From: an uncultured Verrucomicrobiota bacterium
Lineage (GTDB): Bacteria; Verrucomicrobiota; Verrucomicrobiia; Limisphaerales; UBA1412
Direction: 5' to 3'
Assembly: GCA_964609795.1 (NCBI GenBank)
Contig: CAZSTC010000002.1
Span: forward strand, 29,849 to 93,848
DNA: 64,000 nt
Both the position numbers and the translations under genes were made by a program. Positions within the stretch are counted from its first letter, which is position 1. Each line of letters opens with the position of its first letter. This document shows positions 29,800-39,709 of the stretch, piece after piece. The notes beneath the pieces were generated by a model that was not told the DNA's origin, made no database searches, and saw only the letters and a program-made list of their open reading frames with translations.

Positions 29800-31932
29800 T
29801 CAAATAATTTCTACAGAGCATTTGGGCATCGCCTCCAAAAATCTACTGCCGTAATACTTATTTAAAATTCGACTATCTAAAACAACTACAATTCCTTGGT
29901 CTGACTGATTGCGAATCAACCGTCCAATTCCCTGACGAAACTTGAGAACAGCCTCGGGCAACGTGTATTCCATAAAGGGATTGCCTCCTCTCTGGCGTAT
30001 CAATTCTAAACGAGCTTCAGTCAGGGGATGATCGGGCGTTACAAAAGGCAAGCGGGTAATAATGACATTAGAAAGAGAATCCCCGGGCACGTCTACACCC
30101 TGCCAGAAGCTATCTAAACCGAAAAGAACACTGTCGATATTTTTTCGAAATTTTTCCAGCATTGCCGAACGCGGCAAACCTGTCCCTTGAACATAAAGCT
30201 CTATATCCAAGTCATCAAAGAAAGACTCTAATTCCTCACCCACCCTGCGCATAAGCTGGTTGTTCGTAAAAAGAACAAATGCTTTTCCGTGGGTTTTTTT
30301 TACAAAAAGTTTGATATACTCTATTAGCTTTTCCTGGTATTCATCCTCACGCGGATCCGGCATTTTATTAACCAGGTAAAGACGCATTTGCTTTTCAAAA
30401 TTAAATGGAGAGCCAACCTGTAATAGTTCAGCAACCTCCGCGCCTAAACGGTTTGAGACATAATCAAGTCCTGATGAAATCTGACGCCTCGAGGAGAATT
30501 TTTGTTTCGCATAATAAACGCTTCCTTCCTTTGAGGGTTTCGTTTCTCCGGCAACAGATTCTCCCCCAGCACTGGTGGAAAGAGTTGCACTGGTCAAAAC
30601 CACAGAAGCATTTGAGGCAAAAATTCGCTCTCTAAGATACTGGGCCACATCCATGGGCGCCGCGTGAAGACTGATCTGAGGCTTTTGGCTTCTTCCACTA
30701 ATACTCTTCTCGACCCAATAGACGTGATCGTCTTCAGACTGATTTAGAAAAGCTGCAACGGAACTCCTCATTTCGGCAATACGTTCAGAGCAGTACTCCA
30801 GCTCAGATTTGCTTTCTTTATCTTCAAGCGTTTTTGAAATTTGCTCTATGTCGTCGCAAATTCGAGCCAAATGAGATGCGATATTATCATTTACCAGGTT
30901 AGGCCTGCGTATGCGCAAATCACTCCAGGATTGCTTTTGAGAGGAGGATAAGGATGTTTTTTCACATGCATCCTCCAAAGCCGAAAAAAACTCTTCTCCA
31001 GCATCAAGCGCATCAGCGATGTGTGGCACCTCATTAGGGCGAAGTAGAGAGGTAAAAATACCTTTTTGAGTACGGGGATTATAGAGCCGATTCAACGCGT
31101 AGCGATACTGCCCACTAGAAAGGCCAAAACCGATGTGTTTAGATGCGACATTTTCAAGAGTGTGAGCCTCATCGAAAATCACGAAATCATTATTCATCAA
31201 AACCCCCTCAGCCGGCATTTTAGGAACCAAACCCAAATGAATGAAAAATAGAGTATGGTTCAGCACCAAAATATCCGAGGTAAAAATACGGTTACGCGCT
31301 TTTTGAAAAAAACAGATGGGGTGATCCTGTGCAAAATCTGATTTATTGCCGCAGAGCTTGGGAGAACATAGCCCGCGCTCCGAACAAACTTCAGCCCAGA
31401 CTTTCGGGTCCGGCTCTTCTGAAAAATCTGAGAGCGTTCCATCTTGCGTTTTTTGAGCCCATTCATTAATTCTCTCCAGCTCAGCTTGCTCAGCCTCCGT
31501 GAAAAGAAATTTCGCATTACGCATCGCTCTGTGAAGACGATATGTGCAAAGATAATTCGACCGCCCCTTAAGCATCGTATAAGTAAAATCTGTATCGAGA
31601 ATCTTATTGAGCAATGGCAGATCCTTTTGAATTAATTGCTCCTGCAGATTGATCGTATGGGTGCTGATGATGGCTTTTTTCTTGTGCTGAACGGCGTGAT
31701 TAATAGCAGGGACCAAATAAGCTAAACTTTTTCCAACCCCGGTGCCGGCTTCGACGATAAGCTTATTATTCGTCAGAAGGGCTTCAGCTACAGCCTCAGC
31801 CATGCGTTGTTGCTGGGGCCGATATTCAAAATTCTTAAACCGAGCCAGACTACCTTCCGGTGAAAAAAAAGCACGCACTTCTTTTATCAAGTCCGACTCG
31901 GAAACCCCATTTTGTCCCGAAAAACTGATCAC
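29800..31932 (-). CDS. dinG: DinG/XPD-family ATP-dependent DNA helicase with an Fe-S cluster domain
   Basis: Walker A EAGTGVGKSLAYLVPA, DEAH box VIFDEAHTLEN, and a four-Cys cluster CSERGLCSPKLCGNKSDFAQDHPIC. GTG start. Confidence 0.85.
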   Translation of the reverse strand: MISFSGQNGVSESDLIKEVRAFFSPEGSLARFKNFEYRPQQQRMAEAVAEALLTNNKLIVEAGTGVGKSLAYLVPAINHAVQHKKKAIISTHTINLQEQLIQKDLPLLNKILDTDFTYTMLKGRSNYLCTYRLHRAMRNAKFLFTEAEQAELERINEWAQKTQDGTLSDFSEEPDPKVWAEVCSERGLCSPKLCGNKSDFAQDHPICFFQKARNRIFTSDILVLNHTLFFIHLGLVPKMPAEGVLMNNDFVIFDEAHTLENVASKHIGFGLSSGQYRYALNRLYNPRTQKGIFTSLLRPNEVPHIADALDAGEEFFSALEDACEKTSLSSSQKQSWSDLRIRRPNLVNDNIASHLARICDDIEQISKTLEDKESKSELEYCSERIAEMRSSVAAFLNQSEDDHVYWVEKSISGRSQKPQISLHAAPMDVAQYLRERIFASNASVVLTSATLSTSAGGESVAGETKPSKEGSVYYAKQKFSSRRQISSGLDYVSNRLGAEVAELLQVGSPFNFEKQMRLYLVNKMPDPREDEYQEKLIEYIKLFVKKTHGKAFVLFTNNQLMRRVGEELESFFDDLDIELYVQGTGLPRSAMLEKFRKNIDSVLFGLDSFWQGVDVPGDSLSNVIITRLPFVTPDHPLTEARLELIRQRGGNPFMEYTLPEAVLKFRQGIGRLIRNQSDQGIVVVLDSRILNKYYGSRFLEAMPKCSVEII

Positions 31933-31947
31933 AATGAATTATGCCTG

Positions 31948-33282
31948 TTACTGGTCCAACAGCTCGATTTTAAAGAAGGTGTCAAAGGTGCTTCCTATAT
32001 CTGTCGGAACGCGCGGAAAAGAAAACACAAGAAGTCCGCTCTTTGTTTGCGTAAGAGCAGGAAAATAAGTGAACTGTCCCAAAATGGGTTTGCTCCAATT
32101 AATTTCATCAAAACTGTAGGAAACCAGAGCACGCTTTCCTCTTGGGCCGCGAAAGTGGACCCAGTTAGACTCCTGATCAGGCATTAAAAGTATCTGGTGT
32201 ACTCCCGGTTCCTCTTCCTCAACCTCTGAAATGCTGTAAAAGCATTGAGAGCGGGTCGCCATTGCTTGTGTGTCTTGTATGATGCTCCAAGGGGCAATAA
32301 ACACATTCGTACTCCGGACCCAATCAATGGCATTCGTCGAATACCCGAAGGAAAACCTTTGCCCGGCAGCCCCGTGAGCCTTCAGAAAATTGGTCTGGCC
32401 ATCCAATACGTCCATCTGCAACCCGGGGGGAACTCTATCAACCTGCACTGCTCGATAGTAGGGAGCAGGAGGTCCTTTCAAGAAAACAGTGTTGGAATCA
32501 CTTTCCAAAACTCTACTCGCAACCGTAACCCATTCATCGGGTGCCCCGGAGGAAACCTGAATTTCTACGGGAGAATAAGCCGGTCCTTTTATTGTAAGAG
32601 AAACGCCATCCTGTACTGGTTCAACTTTTGAACATGTCACTATTGAGGCAGGCGAAGCATACACTCGAACTCCAAAATTAGCCTTTAGCACATCTCCGAA
32701 ATAGAATGGTTTAAAGTCCTCAACAGGTTGGTAGTTTTCATCTACGTCTCGCATCCAAAAATCACCATAACTGGAACCAACCGTGGGCGAATTATACATG
32801 ATAACACCCATGATATCTTTTTCGGCCACGCTTAATCCGTAGAATTGAATCGTCCACGCAATACACGGATCTTCCACCTGAATGTTAAGCCCATCCAGAC
32901 AGATTAAACTGTGTCCGCTAACCACTTGAATCGGATGGGATTCATAAAGGAGTGTTTTAGGCAAATACAATTTGTAGTATCCATCTGGGTTCTCATACTC
33001 GGGCCCATCCTCTCTGTAGAGCCGAACAATAGCATATTTTTCGGGGCTAAGAGTCTTTATGCTGGAGTAGCACTCGATCTCGATTCTTTCGATAGTTCTG
33101 GCATCGCCAGCAAAATAAATTTCGTCTCCCATTTCATTGCGCAAATTGGGGGGACCGTAAAAATTACCTATACCCGGATCATTAAAGTTGTCGAAAATAA
33201 TTTCACGATCCGCCTGGCAAACCTGAGACATGCCGAGCAAGAGTAAAAAAAAGAAACCTATCTTCCTCACCTCATGGACCAT
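31948..33282 (-). CDS. Secreted hypothetical protein (about 444 aa)
   Basis: ATG 33282 gives MVHEVRKIGFFFLLLLGMSQVCQA, a signal peptide (the track starts at GTG 33300). No family recognised. Its stop lies 15 nt upstream of the dinG start. Confidence 0.8.
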   Translation of the reverse strand: MVHEVRKIGFFFLLLLGMSQVCQADREIIFDNFNDPGIGNFYGPPNLRNEMGDEIYFAGDARTIERIEIECYSSIKTLSPEKYAIVRLYREDGPEYENPDGYYKLYLPKTLLYESHPIQVVSGHSLICLDGLNIQVEDPCIAWTIQFYGLSVAEKDIMGVIMYNSPTVGSSYGDFWMRDVDENYQPVEDFKPFYFGDVLKANFGVRVYASPASIVTCSKVEPVQDGVSLTIKGPAYSPVEIQVSSGAPDEWVTVASRVLESDSNTVFLKGPPAPYYRAVQVDRVPPGLQMDVLDGQTNFLKAHGAAGQRFSFGYSTNAIDWVRSTNVFIAPWSIIQDTQAMATRSQCFYSISEVEEEEPGVHQILLMPDQESNWVHFRGPRGKRALVSYSFDEINWSKPILGQFTYFPALTQTKSGLLVFSFPRVPTDIGSTFDTFFKIELLDQ

Positions 33283-33398
33283 ATAACCCAAATACCACAC
33301 GCTGACAATCTACATCAATAAACAGGAAAGAGCAATAAGGATTGTGTTATTATGAGCGAACCCATACACTCGCTTCGTAGCTCAAGTTTCACTAAGCT

Positions 33399-34400
33399 AT
33401 GGAGTTTAAACAGGAAAAAAAGAACAACCAAGTTAAGGTCAGGGTAGCACTGCTGTCAGTTTGTTCAAATACCTCTCTGGTAATTGGAAAACTAGCTGTA
33501 GGCACCTTGGTGGGCTCAGTTTCTATTATTTCTGAGGCCATTCATTCCTGCATGGACCTCTTGGCCGCGGCGATTGCTTTTTTTGCCGTTAAAACATCAG
33601 ACACTCCTCCGGATCAAGAACACCCCTATGGGCACGGAAAAATCGAAAACGTCGCCAGCGGGATAGAAGCGTTATTGATTTTATCTGCAGGGGCCTGGAT
33701 CATATATGAATCCGTAAAAAAAATCATTCACCCGGAGCCCATGAAAATGGTTTGGCTTGGTGTCGGGGTCATGTTTTTTTCTTCTGCCGTGAACTTATTC
33801 GTTTCAAAGAAATTATTTAAAACTGGCGAAGAAACAAACTCTCCAGCACTCCTGGCTGATGGCTGGCATTTACTTACAGATGTTTGGACTTCTGCTGGCG
33901 TAATGTTGGGCCTCTTACTGATAGCCATTGCGCAGTTGTTCTTCCCTGAAAAAAACTTTTATCTTCTGGATCCCTTTATAGGAATCGCGGTGGCTCTGAT
34001 TATTATAAACACCGCCTTGAAATTAATCCGGGAGTCTACTAACGCTCTGATGGATATCAGACTCCCGGAAGCAGAAGAAAAAACAGTCTACGAGCATTTG
34101 AAAAAACTAAAACCGATCACTCGGGGATTTCATAAACTGCGAACACGTCGGGTCGGGAATCGAAGATTTATAGAGTTCCACCTCAAAGTGGATGGTTCCA
34201 TGTCTGTAGAAGAGGCCCACCAGCTCAATCATCGAATTGAAAATTCGATTGAGAAGCACTTAAAAAACAGCTCAGTTATTATTCATTACGAACCCTGTTC
34301 AAATTGCGACGATAATTGCATTGAAAACTGTTTTTTGGAACCCGAGGAGCGCGAACAAGTATTTCCACCCTCCCGCCGAAAAAAGAGGCTCCTGGATTAA
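33399..34400 (+). CDS. Cation diffusion facilitator (CDF) family metal efflux transporter
   Basis: Six hydrophobic spans, HSCMDLLAA and ADGWHLLTD (HxxxD) metal-site motifs, and a C-terminal cytoplasmic domain. Confidence 0.9.
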   Translation: MEFKQEKKNNQVKVRVALLSVCSNTSLVIGKLAVGTLVGSVSIISEAIHSCMDLLAAAIAFFAVKTSDTPPDQEHPYGHGKIENVASGIEALLILSAGAWIIYESVKKIIHPEPMKMVWLGVGVMFFSSAVNLFVSKKLFKTGEETNSPALLADGWHLLTDVWTSAGVMLGLLLIAIAQLFFPEKNFYLLDPFIGIAVALIIINTALKLIRESTNALMDIRLPEAEEKTVYEHLKKLKPITRGFHKLRTRRVGNRRFIEFHLKVDGSMSVEEAHQLNHRIENSIEKHLKNSSVIIHYEPCSNCDDNCIENCFLEPEEREQVFPPSRRKKRLLD

Positions 34401-34443
34401 ACTGGCTCTGACTGAAATCGTACTGATACCTTTCTTGGTTACG

Positions 34444-34926
34444 TCAGCTTCCTTTTCCCAAAAAACTTTTCGTCGAATAATGAAGAATTTTAAATTCATC
34501 TTCATTACGTAGTTCTTCGACGAAAGGGAAAAGGTGTTCAAAAGGCGGCATGGAGGCATCTCCATGCACCACTCTCTTTACTACAGTCAAATAAAGGTCT
34601 GTGCAAAGTCCCAAAGTTTGCTCGTAGACTTGAGCTCCTCCGCAAATAAAAATTTTCCGAGGATACTCTTTTGAAAGATGTTGGCCCAGTTCAGCCAGGG
34701 AAGCAATGGGTGTCGCGCTATGAACTTGAATTTTTTGGCGAGTGAGCACAAATATCGTGCGGCCGGGCAAGGCCTTCCCAATCGATTCAAAAGTTTTCCG
34801 CCCCATTACCAAAATGTGACCCATTGTTAGCTCTTTAAACCATTTGAAATCTGCCGGGATATACCAGGGAATAGTGTTATTCCGGCCAATAACACGGTTT
34901 AACGACATTGCTGCTACCGCCTGCAT
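34444..34926 (-). CDS. folA: Dihydrofolate reductase
   Basis: AAMSLNRVIGRNNTIPWYIPADFKWFKELTMGHILVMGRKTFESIG matches the DHFR signature; 160 aa. Confidence 0.92.
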   Translation of the reverse strand: MQAVAAMSLNRVIGRNNTIPWYIPADFKWFKELTMGHILVMGRKTFESIGKALPGRTIFVLTRQKIQVHSATPIASLAELGQHLSKEYPRKIFICGGAQVYEQTLGLCTDLYLTVVKRVVHGDASMPPFEHLFPFVEELRNEDEFKILHYSTKSFLGKGS

Positions 34927-35070
34927 CGGCCTTGATTATATTTGATGGGAAGCCATAACGCAAAGATAGATGTGATCCGAATAAAATGTTTTCCTGTTAT
35001 TTCCCCGAAGATTAAGGCATCCTTTTGCCTTCCCCGCTTGGGGAATATTCAGTTCTGTAAGGATTGTATA

Positions 35071-36450
35071 ATGGACAGAATGTTATTTTACAGTACGAAC
35101 GATGCGGAGCGCTCATCCTGCGTGGGCATTAAAGAAGCCCTGCTTTTAGGCCAAGCTCCGGATCGTGGCCTATACTTGCCAGAAAAATTTCCAGCCATTC
35201 AAAAAGAGGAATTAACCGGTTATTCAGAAATGACTTACGCTGAAATCGCGTTCCACATTCTGAGCCGTTATACTGCTGGTGTTCTGGATGATGATGTATT
35301 GTTTGAACTTTGCAAAGATGCTTACCCTTTCGAAGTTCCCTTGGAACCTGTTCATGGAAGTGGAAATGCCCATATCCTCCGCTTAGACCAAGGCCCCACC
35401 GCCTCTTTCAAAGATTTTGCAGCACGCATGATGGCCAGGCTCATCAGCCGCTTCATCCGCGAAAGCGGCAAAGAACTTACCATTCTTACAGCAACAAGTG
35501 GAGACACCGGAGCTGCCGTGGCGAGTGCTTTTAGTGGAATTCCTGGTATCCAGGTCGTTGTACTTTTCCCCATTCACGAAGTCAGCAGACGCCAGCGCCT
35601 GCAAATGACCACGCTGGGAGGCAATGTGACCTGCCTTGCTATTGATGGAAAATTCGATGACTGTCAGGCTATGGTCAAACGTGCATTTGCAGACTCTGAG
35701 CTTCGAAATAGATTGAATATCTCTTCTGCAAACTCCATCAACATTGGTAGGCTATTACCGCAAAGCGTTTATTATTTCTACGCTGCTTCGCGAATAAATA
35801 AGACCTTAAAACATCCCCTTCTTTTTTCCATCCCCTCCGGTAACTTCGGAGATATGATGGGAGGGATGATCGCTTGGAAAATGGGCTTACCTATCAAGAA
35901 AATATTAGTCCCCGTCAACGAAAACGATGCCTTCCCAACTTACTTAACTACAGGAGATTATCAGAAAATTGAACCTTCCAGGAACTGTGTCTCTAACGCC
36001 ATGAATGTAGGTCACCCCAGCAACCTGGCTCGCTTGGTTCAGCTCTATGGAGGGCACATGGACGAAACCGGCCATATTCGCAAGCCCGTCGATTTGAATG
36101 CGTTGCGCCGTGACATCTTCTCTATCTCCGTGAGCGATGAAGAGACCAGACAAACAATCATTGATGCCTGGAAAAATAAAAAACTCCTGCTCGAACCCCA
36201 TGGCGCTGTCGCCTGGAAGGGATATGAATCCTGGATAAATAACCATCCCGAGGATGCTGCTATACCTGCTGCCATTTTAGAGACGGCACATCCCGCCAAA
36301 TTCCACGAAGAAATGGAAAAACTGCTTGGCTTTGAACCTGAGCTCCCTCCGGCACTTGCTCTTCTGGATCATTCATCTGAAACCTACTCTCAGATGCAGG
36401 TTAATTATAATACTTTCAAAGAATTTCTCCTGAACCAGGCTTCCAAATAA
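35071..36450 (+). CDS. thrC: Threonine synthase
   Basis: PLP-lysine motif GPTASFKDFAARMM and the long-form ThrC layout. I prefer ATG 35071 (MDRMLFYSTN) over the 43-codon upstream extension in the ORF track. Confidence 0.92.
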   Translation: MDRMLFYSTNDAERSSCVGIKEALLLGQAPDRGLYLPEKFPAIQKEELTGYSEMTYAEIAFHILSRYTAGVLDDDVLFELCKDAYPFEVPLEPVHGSGNAHILRLDQGPTASFKDFAARMMARLISRFIRESGKELTILTATSGDTGAAVASAFSGIPGIQVVVLFPIHEVSRRQRLQMTTLGGNVTCLAIDGKFDDCQAMVKRAFADSELRNRLNISSANSINIGRLLPQSVYYFYAASRINKTLKHPLLFSIPSGNFGDMMGGMIAWKMGLPIKKILVPVNENDAFPTYLTTGDYQKIEPSRNCVSNAMNVGHPSNLARLVQLYGGHMDETGHIRKPVDLNALRRDIFSISVSDEETRQTIIDAWKNKKLLLEPHGAVAWKGYESWINNHPEDAAIPAAILETAHPAKFHEEMEKLLGFEPELPPALALLDHSSETYSQMQVNYNTFKEFLLNQASK

Positions 36451-36459
36451 TTTTTTAAA

Positions 36460-37674
36460 ATGAAGTACATTATTATACTGGGTGACGGTATGGCCGATCA
36501 TCCCGTTGCCGAATTAGGAGGTCTTACTCCCCTGGAGGCTGCCCGTAAACCCTGCATGGATCAGCTGGCACGTGAAGGATGTTGCGGAATGCTTGAAACT
36601 GTACCCGAAGGTGTAATGCCCGGCAGTGAAGCTGCGAATTTGAGCGTGATGGGATACAACCCTGCTGAGATATTGCAGGGCCGCGGGGTGCTGGAAGCCG
36701 CCAGTATGGGACTCCAAATTAAGGAGGGGGAATTAGTGATGCGCTGCAATTTAATCTGTTTAGATGAAGAAAAAAGGCTAAAAAACCATTCTGCTGGCCA
36801 TATTTCATCAGAGGAATCTGCGCTCATTCTTCATGATCTTCAAAAAGAGTTTGGCAGCGAACAGTTCTCTTTTTATCCAGGAGTAAGTTACCGCCATGTC
36901 TTTATCGCAAAAGGATTGGATGCTCGCATTAAATGTGCCCCTCCGCACGATTATTTGGGCGAATTTGCTGAGAAGCTTCAGATAACTGCTCTCTGTGAGG
37001 AAGCTAAAAAGACGGCTGAAATATTAAATCATCTTACAATTCAAACTCAGCGCTGGCTTCCAGAGCACCCAGTTAACCGCAAGCGCGTTGCCAAAGGAAA
37101 AGATTGCGCCAACTCTATCTGGCTCTGGTCCGGAGGATATAAACCCAAAATGTGGACTTATCAGGAACATTTTGGAATCAATGGAGCCGTAATTTCTGCC
37201 GTCGATCTCATCCGCGGAATTGGTGTCTACGCTGGTTTGAAAGTTATCTCCGTCAAAGGGGCTACCGGTCTCTACGACACAAACTATGAAGGCAAAGCAG
37301 CTGCATGTCTAAACGCACTGAAGGACCATGATTTCGTCTACTTGCATGTGGAAGCTCCTGATGAAGCCGGACACGAAGGAGATGCGGCCCTTAAAATCCA
37401 AACGATTGAAGATTTGGATTCTCGGCTTATTGCGCCTCTACTCAAGGGGTTGAAAGATACTCAAACCGAAGCCGTCATTGGACTCCTCCCGGATCACCCG
37501 ACGCCGGTCAGCACCAGAGCCCATACCCGCGAGCCAATCCCCTTTGCAATTTGGGGGCCGGGCTTTGAGTCTGACTCAGTGAATGCCTACAGCGAAAATC
37601 TTTGTTCAAAGGGTCGTTACGATCTCTTGAAAGGAGATCAGTTTATCAAATTGCTTCTGGGCAAAACAAAGTAG
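36460..37674 (+). CDS. Cofactor-independent phosphoglycerate mutase family protein (archaeal ApgM type); possibly a non-canonical homoserine kinase
   Basis: N-terminal IIILGDGMADHP and the metal-site motif VEAPDEAGHEGD of the alkaline-phosphatase-superfamily ApgM group. It starts 9 nt after the thrC stop. Confidence 0.85.
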   Translation: MKYIIILGDGMADHPVAELGGLTPLEAARKPCMDQLAREGCCGMLETVPEGVMPGSEAANLSVMGYNPAEILQGRGVLEAASMGLQIKEGELVMRCNLICLDEEKRLKNHSAGHISSEESALILHDLQKEFGSEQFSFYPGVSYRHVFIAKGLDARIKCAPPHDYLGEFAEKLQITALCEEAKKTAEILNHLTIQTQRWLPEHPVNRKRVAKGKDCANSIWLWSGGYKPKMWTYQEHFGINGAVISAVDLIRGIGVYAGLKVISVKGATGLYDTNYEGKAAACLNALKDHDFVYLHVEAPDEAGHEGDAALKIQTIEDLDSRLIAPLLKGLKDTQTEAVIGLLPDHPTPVSTRAHTREPIPFAIWGPGFESDSVNAYSENLCSKGRYDLLKGDQFIKLLLGKTK

Positions 37675-37690
37675 AATATTCCTCCAGATT

Positions 37691-38164
37691 ATGAACGTCG
37701 TGCTGATAAATCCGGAAATTCCCTCGAACACAGGGAATATTGCCCGGCTTTGTGCAGCCACAAAAACCGCGCTGCATCTTATCAGACCTTTTGGCTTTGA
37801 GCTTGATGACCGTCACTTAAAACGCGCTGCCATGGACTATTGGCAGCATCTGAACTGGCATCAATGGGCCGATTGGGCCACTTTTGAGCAGCAACTCCTT
37901 CCAGGCTCCCGTCTTTGGATGATTGAGTGTAAGGGGGCAATGCGCTACGACCAGGTTCAATGGCAACCTGAAGACTATATAGTGTTGGGAAGAGAAACCA
38001 AGGGTATCCCCTCTCTCCTGCTGGAAAAATATCAAAATTCCTGGGTGAGAATTCCCATGTTCAACCCTACCTCCCGCTCGTTGAATCTCTCCAACTGTGC
38101 GGCTCTGGTCCTTTACGAAGCCCTGCGTCAAACGGGATTCATTGGCGAAATCACCTCATCTTAA
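37691..38164 (+). CDS. trmL: tRNA (cytidine/uridine-34 2'-O)-methyltransferase TrmL (SPOUT family)
   Basis: 157 aa with the NTGNIARLCAAT motif and a C-terminal SLNLSNCAALVLYEALRQ knot region. Confidence 0.9.
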   Translation: MNVVLINPEIPSNTGNIARLCAATKTALHLIRPFGFELDDRHLKRAAMDYWQHLNWHQWADWATFEQQLLPGSRLWMIECKGAMRYDQVQWQPEDYIVLGRETKGIPSLLLEKYQNSWVRIPMFNPTSRSLNLSNCAALVLYEALRQTGFIGEITSS

Positions 38165-38299
38165 TATCTTACAATTAAATGGTTAGGCTGGCCTTTTTTC
38201 AGGCTCATCTGGAAAAGATTGAAATTCAGCCCATTAGCTTGCATAATAACTTAGTTCTCTGGAGACAGCCTCAAGAGTTACTTACACTTTAGATTAAAC

Positions 38300-38962
38300 A
38301 TGAAGGGAAAGCCTATTGTAATAGCAATAGACGGCACAAGTGCCAGCGGTAAAAGTACAAATGCAAAACGAGTTGCTGCTGCTTTGGGATATACCTATGT
38401 CGATACCGGAGCAATGTACCGCACTCTTGCATGGTATTGCGTCCAACAACAAATCGATTTAGAGGATGTCAAAGCCATTACAGCCACGCTCAAAAAGTGG
38501 AAAACCAAACTGGTCTGCACCGATAAAGCTGTTTATTTAACCGTAGATGGCTACCATCCGGTAAAGGAAATACGCACATCTGCCACAAGTGCCGCAGTCC
38601 CCAAAGTAGCTGCCATCCCGGTTGTTCGCTCATGGATGAAAAAAGTTCAGAGGGAATGTGTCCAGTTTGGAAATATTGTCATGGAAGGACGGGATATCGG
38701 TTCCGCCATCTTTCCGGAAACGGAGTTTAAGTTCTATCTTGATGCCAGCCTGGATGAAAGATCCCGGCGCCGCGAGGCTGATGGAGTCGTTGAGAACCTG
38801 GCTGAACGCGACAAAAAAGACACTCAGCGTGCTGTATCTCCACTAGTTATTTCTTTAGGGGCCACTCTGATTAATACCTCTAAATTGACTCCTGAGGAGA
38901 CAACGGCAATGCTTCTGGAGGAAATTCACACGAAATTAGCGAAAAGAAAACTGCCTTCCTGA
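38300..38962 (+). CDS. cmk: Cytidylate kinase
   Basis: P-loop IAIDGTSASGKST followed by YVDTGAMYR; 220 aa. Confidence 0.93.
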   Translation: MKGKPIVIAIDGTSASGKSTNAKRVAAALGYTYVDTGAMYRTLAWYCVQQQIDLEDVKAITATLKKWKTKLVCTDKAVYLTVDGYHPVKEIRTSATSAAVPKVAAIPVVRSWMKKVQRECVQFGNIVMEGRDIGSAIFPETEFKFYLDASLDERSRRREADGVVENLAERDKKDTQRAVSPLVISLGATLINTSKLTPEETTAMLLEEIHTKLAKRKLPS

Positions 38963-38985
38963 TTCTCAATTTTTGCTCGCTTGGT

Positions 38986-39609
38986 ATGCATCCATTTTAT
39001 TTTGCAGTATGGGGTCCGGGAAAAATAGTTTTTAAGCTGTATTTCAGGTGGGAAATTTATGGAGTGGAACACATTCCTCTCCAAGGCGGAGGGCTCATAG
39101 TCTCTAATCACGCCAGTTTTTTAGACCCCGTGCTTTTGGGAACATCACTTCCCCGAGACATACATTACCTGGCACGAAAATCCCTTTTTAAAAACAAGCT
39201 ATTCGATTATGTTCTTCGCTCGGTAAACGCTGTCCCCGTAGATCGCGACGGCAATGGAATGGCGGGCCTAAAAGCCATCCTGGAGAGGCTTCAGAAGGGT
39301 TGTGTTGTCAACCTGTTCCCGGAGGGAACTCGCACCCCTGACGGTAATTTACAAAAAGCTCGCTCTGGAGTGGGCTTGGCCGTGATCAAATCCCAGGTAC
39401 CTGTGATTCCCACCCGAATTTTCGGTTCTTTTGAGTCGTACGGGAGAAACTCTTCTTTCCCCAAGCCTAAGAAGATTATCATAAAATACGGGCCTCCTAT
39501 TAATTTCGATGCTCTGCGAGAGGAAGCAAAAACATGTCCAAAAGAGCGGCTGAAGGAAATTTATCAAGAAGTCGCTGACCAAATTATGAACAAAATTGCT
39601 TCACTCTAA
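38986..39609 (+). CDS. plsC: 1-acyl-sn-glycerol-3-phosphate acyltransferase
   Basis: HX4D motif SNHASFLDP and the FPEGTRT motif. Confidence 0.88.
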   Translation: MHPFYFAVWGPGKIVFKLYFRWEIYGVEHIPLQGGGLIVSNHASFLDPVLLGTSLPRDIHYLARKSLFKNKLFDYVLRSVNAVPVDRDGNGMAGLKAILERLQKGCVVNLFPEGTRTPDGNLQKARSGVGLAVIKSQVPVIPTRIFGSFESYGRNSSFPKPKKIIIKYGPPINFDALREEAKTCPKERLKEIYQEVADQIMNKIASL

Positions 39610-39640
39610 CCACAAAAAGACGCACCTTCTTACTAAGCCA

Positions 39641-39684
39641 AAAGCCCGTTCTTCCTAAATAGAGAGAACGAGCTTTCTTTATTC
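39641..39684 (+). terminator. Candidate intrinsic terminator after plsC, in a convergent gap
   Basis: AAAGCCCGTTC (39641-39651) pairs with GAACGAGCTTT (39666-39676) at 10 of 11 positions across a 14-nt loop, followed by CTTTATTC. The loop is large and the T-tract is interrupted, so confidence is moderate. Confidence 0.4.
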
Positions 39685-39709
39685 AAAGAAGTATTTCTGC
39701 CTCGTGGAA

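Noticed and set aside
34942-35070. A 43-codon N-terminal extension of thrC in the ORF track, and two adjacent hairpins (AAGGCA/TGCCTT at 35014-35031 and TTCCCC-gctt-GGGGAA at 35030-35045) as a possible attenuator.
   Set aside because: The extension has no ThrC similarity and would start 16 nt from the divergent folA start. The hairpins are short and overlap each other. They lack a following T-tract, and no Thr/Ile-rich leader peptide is present.
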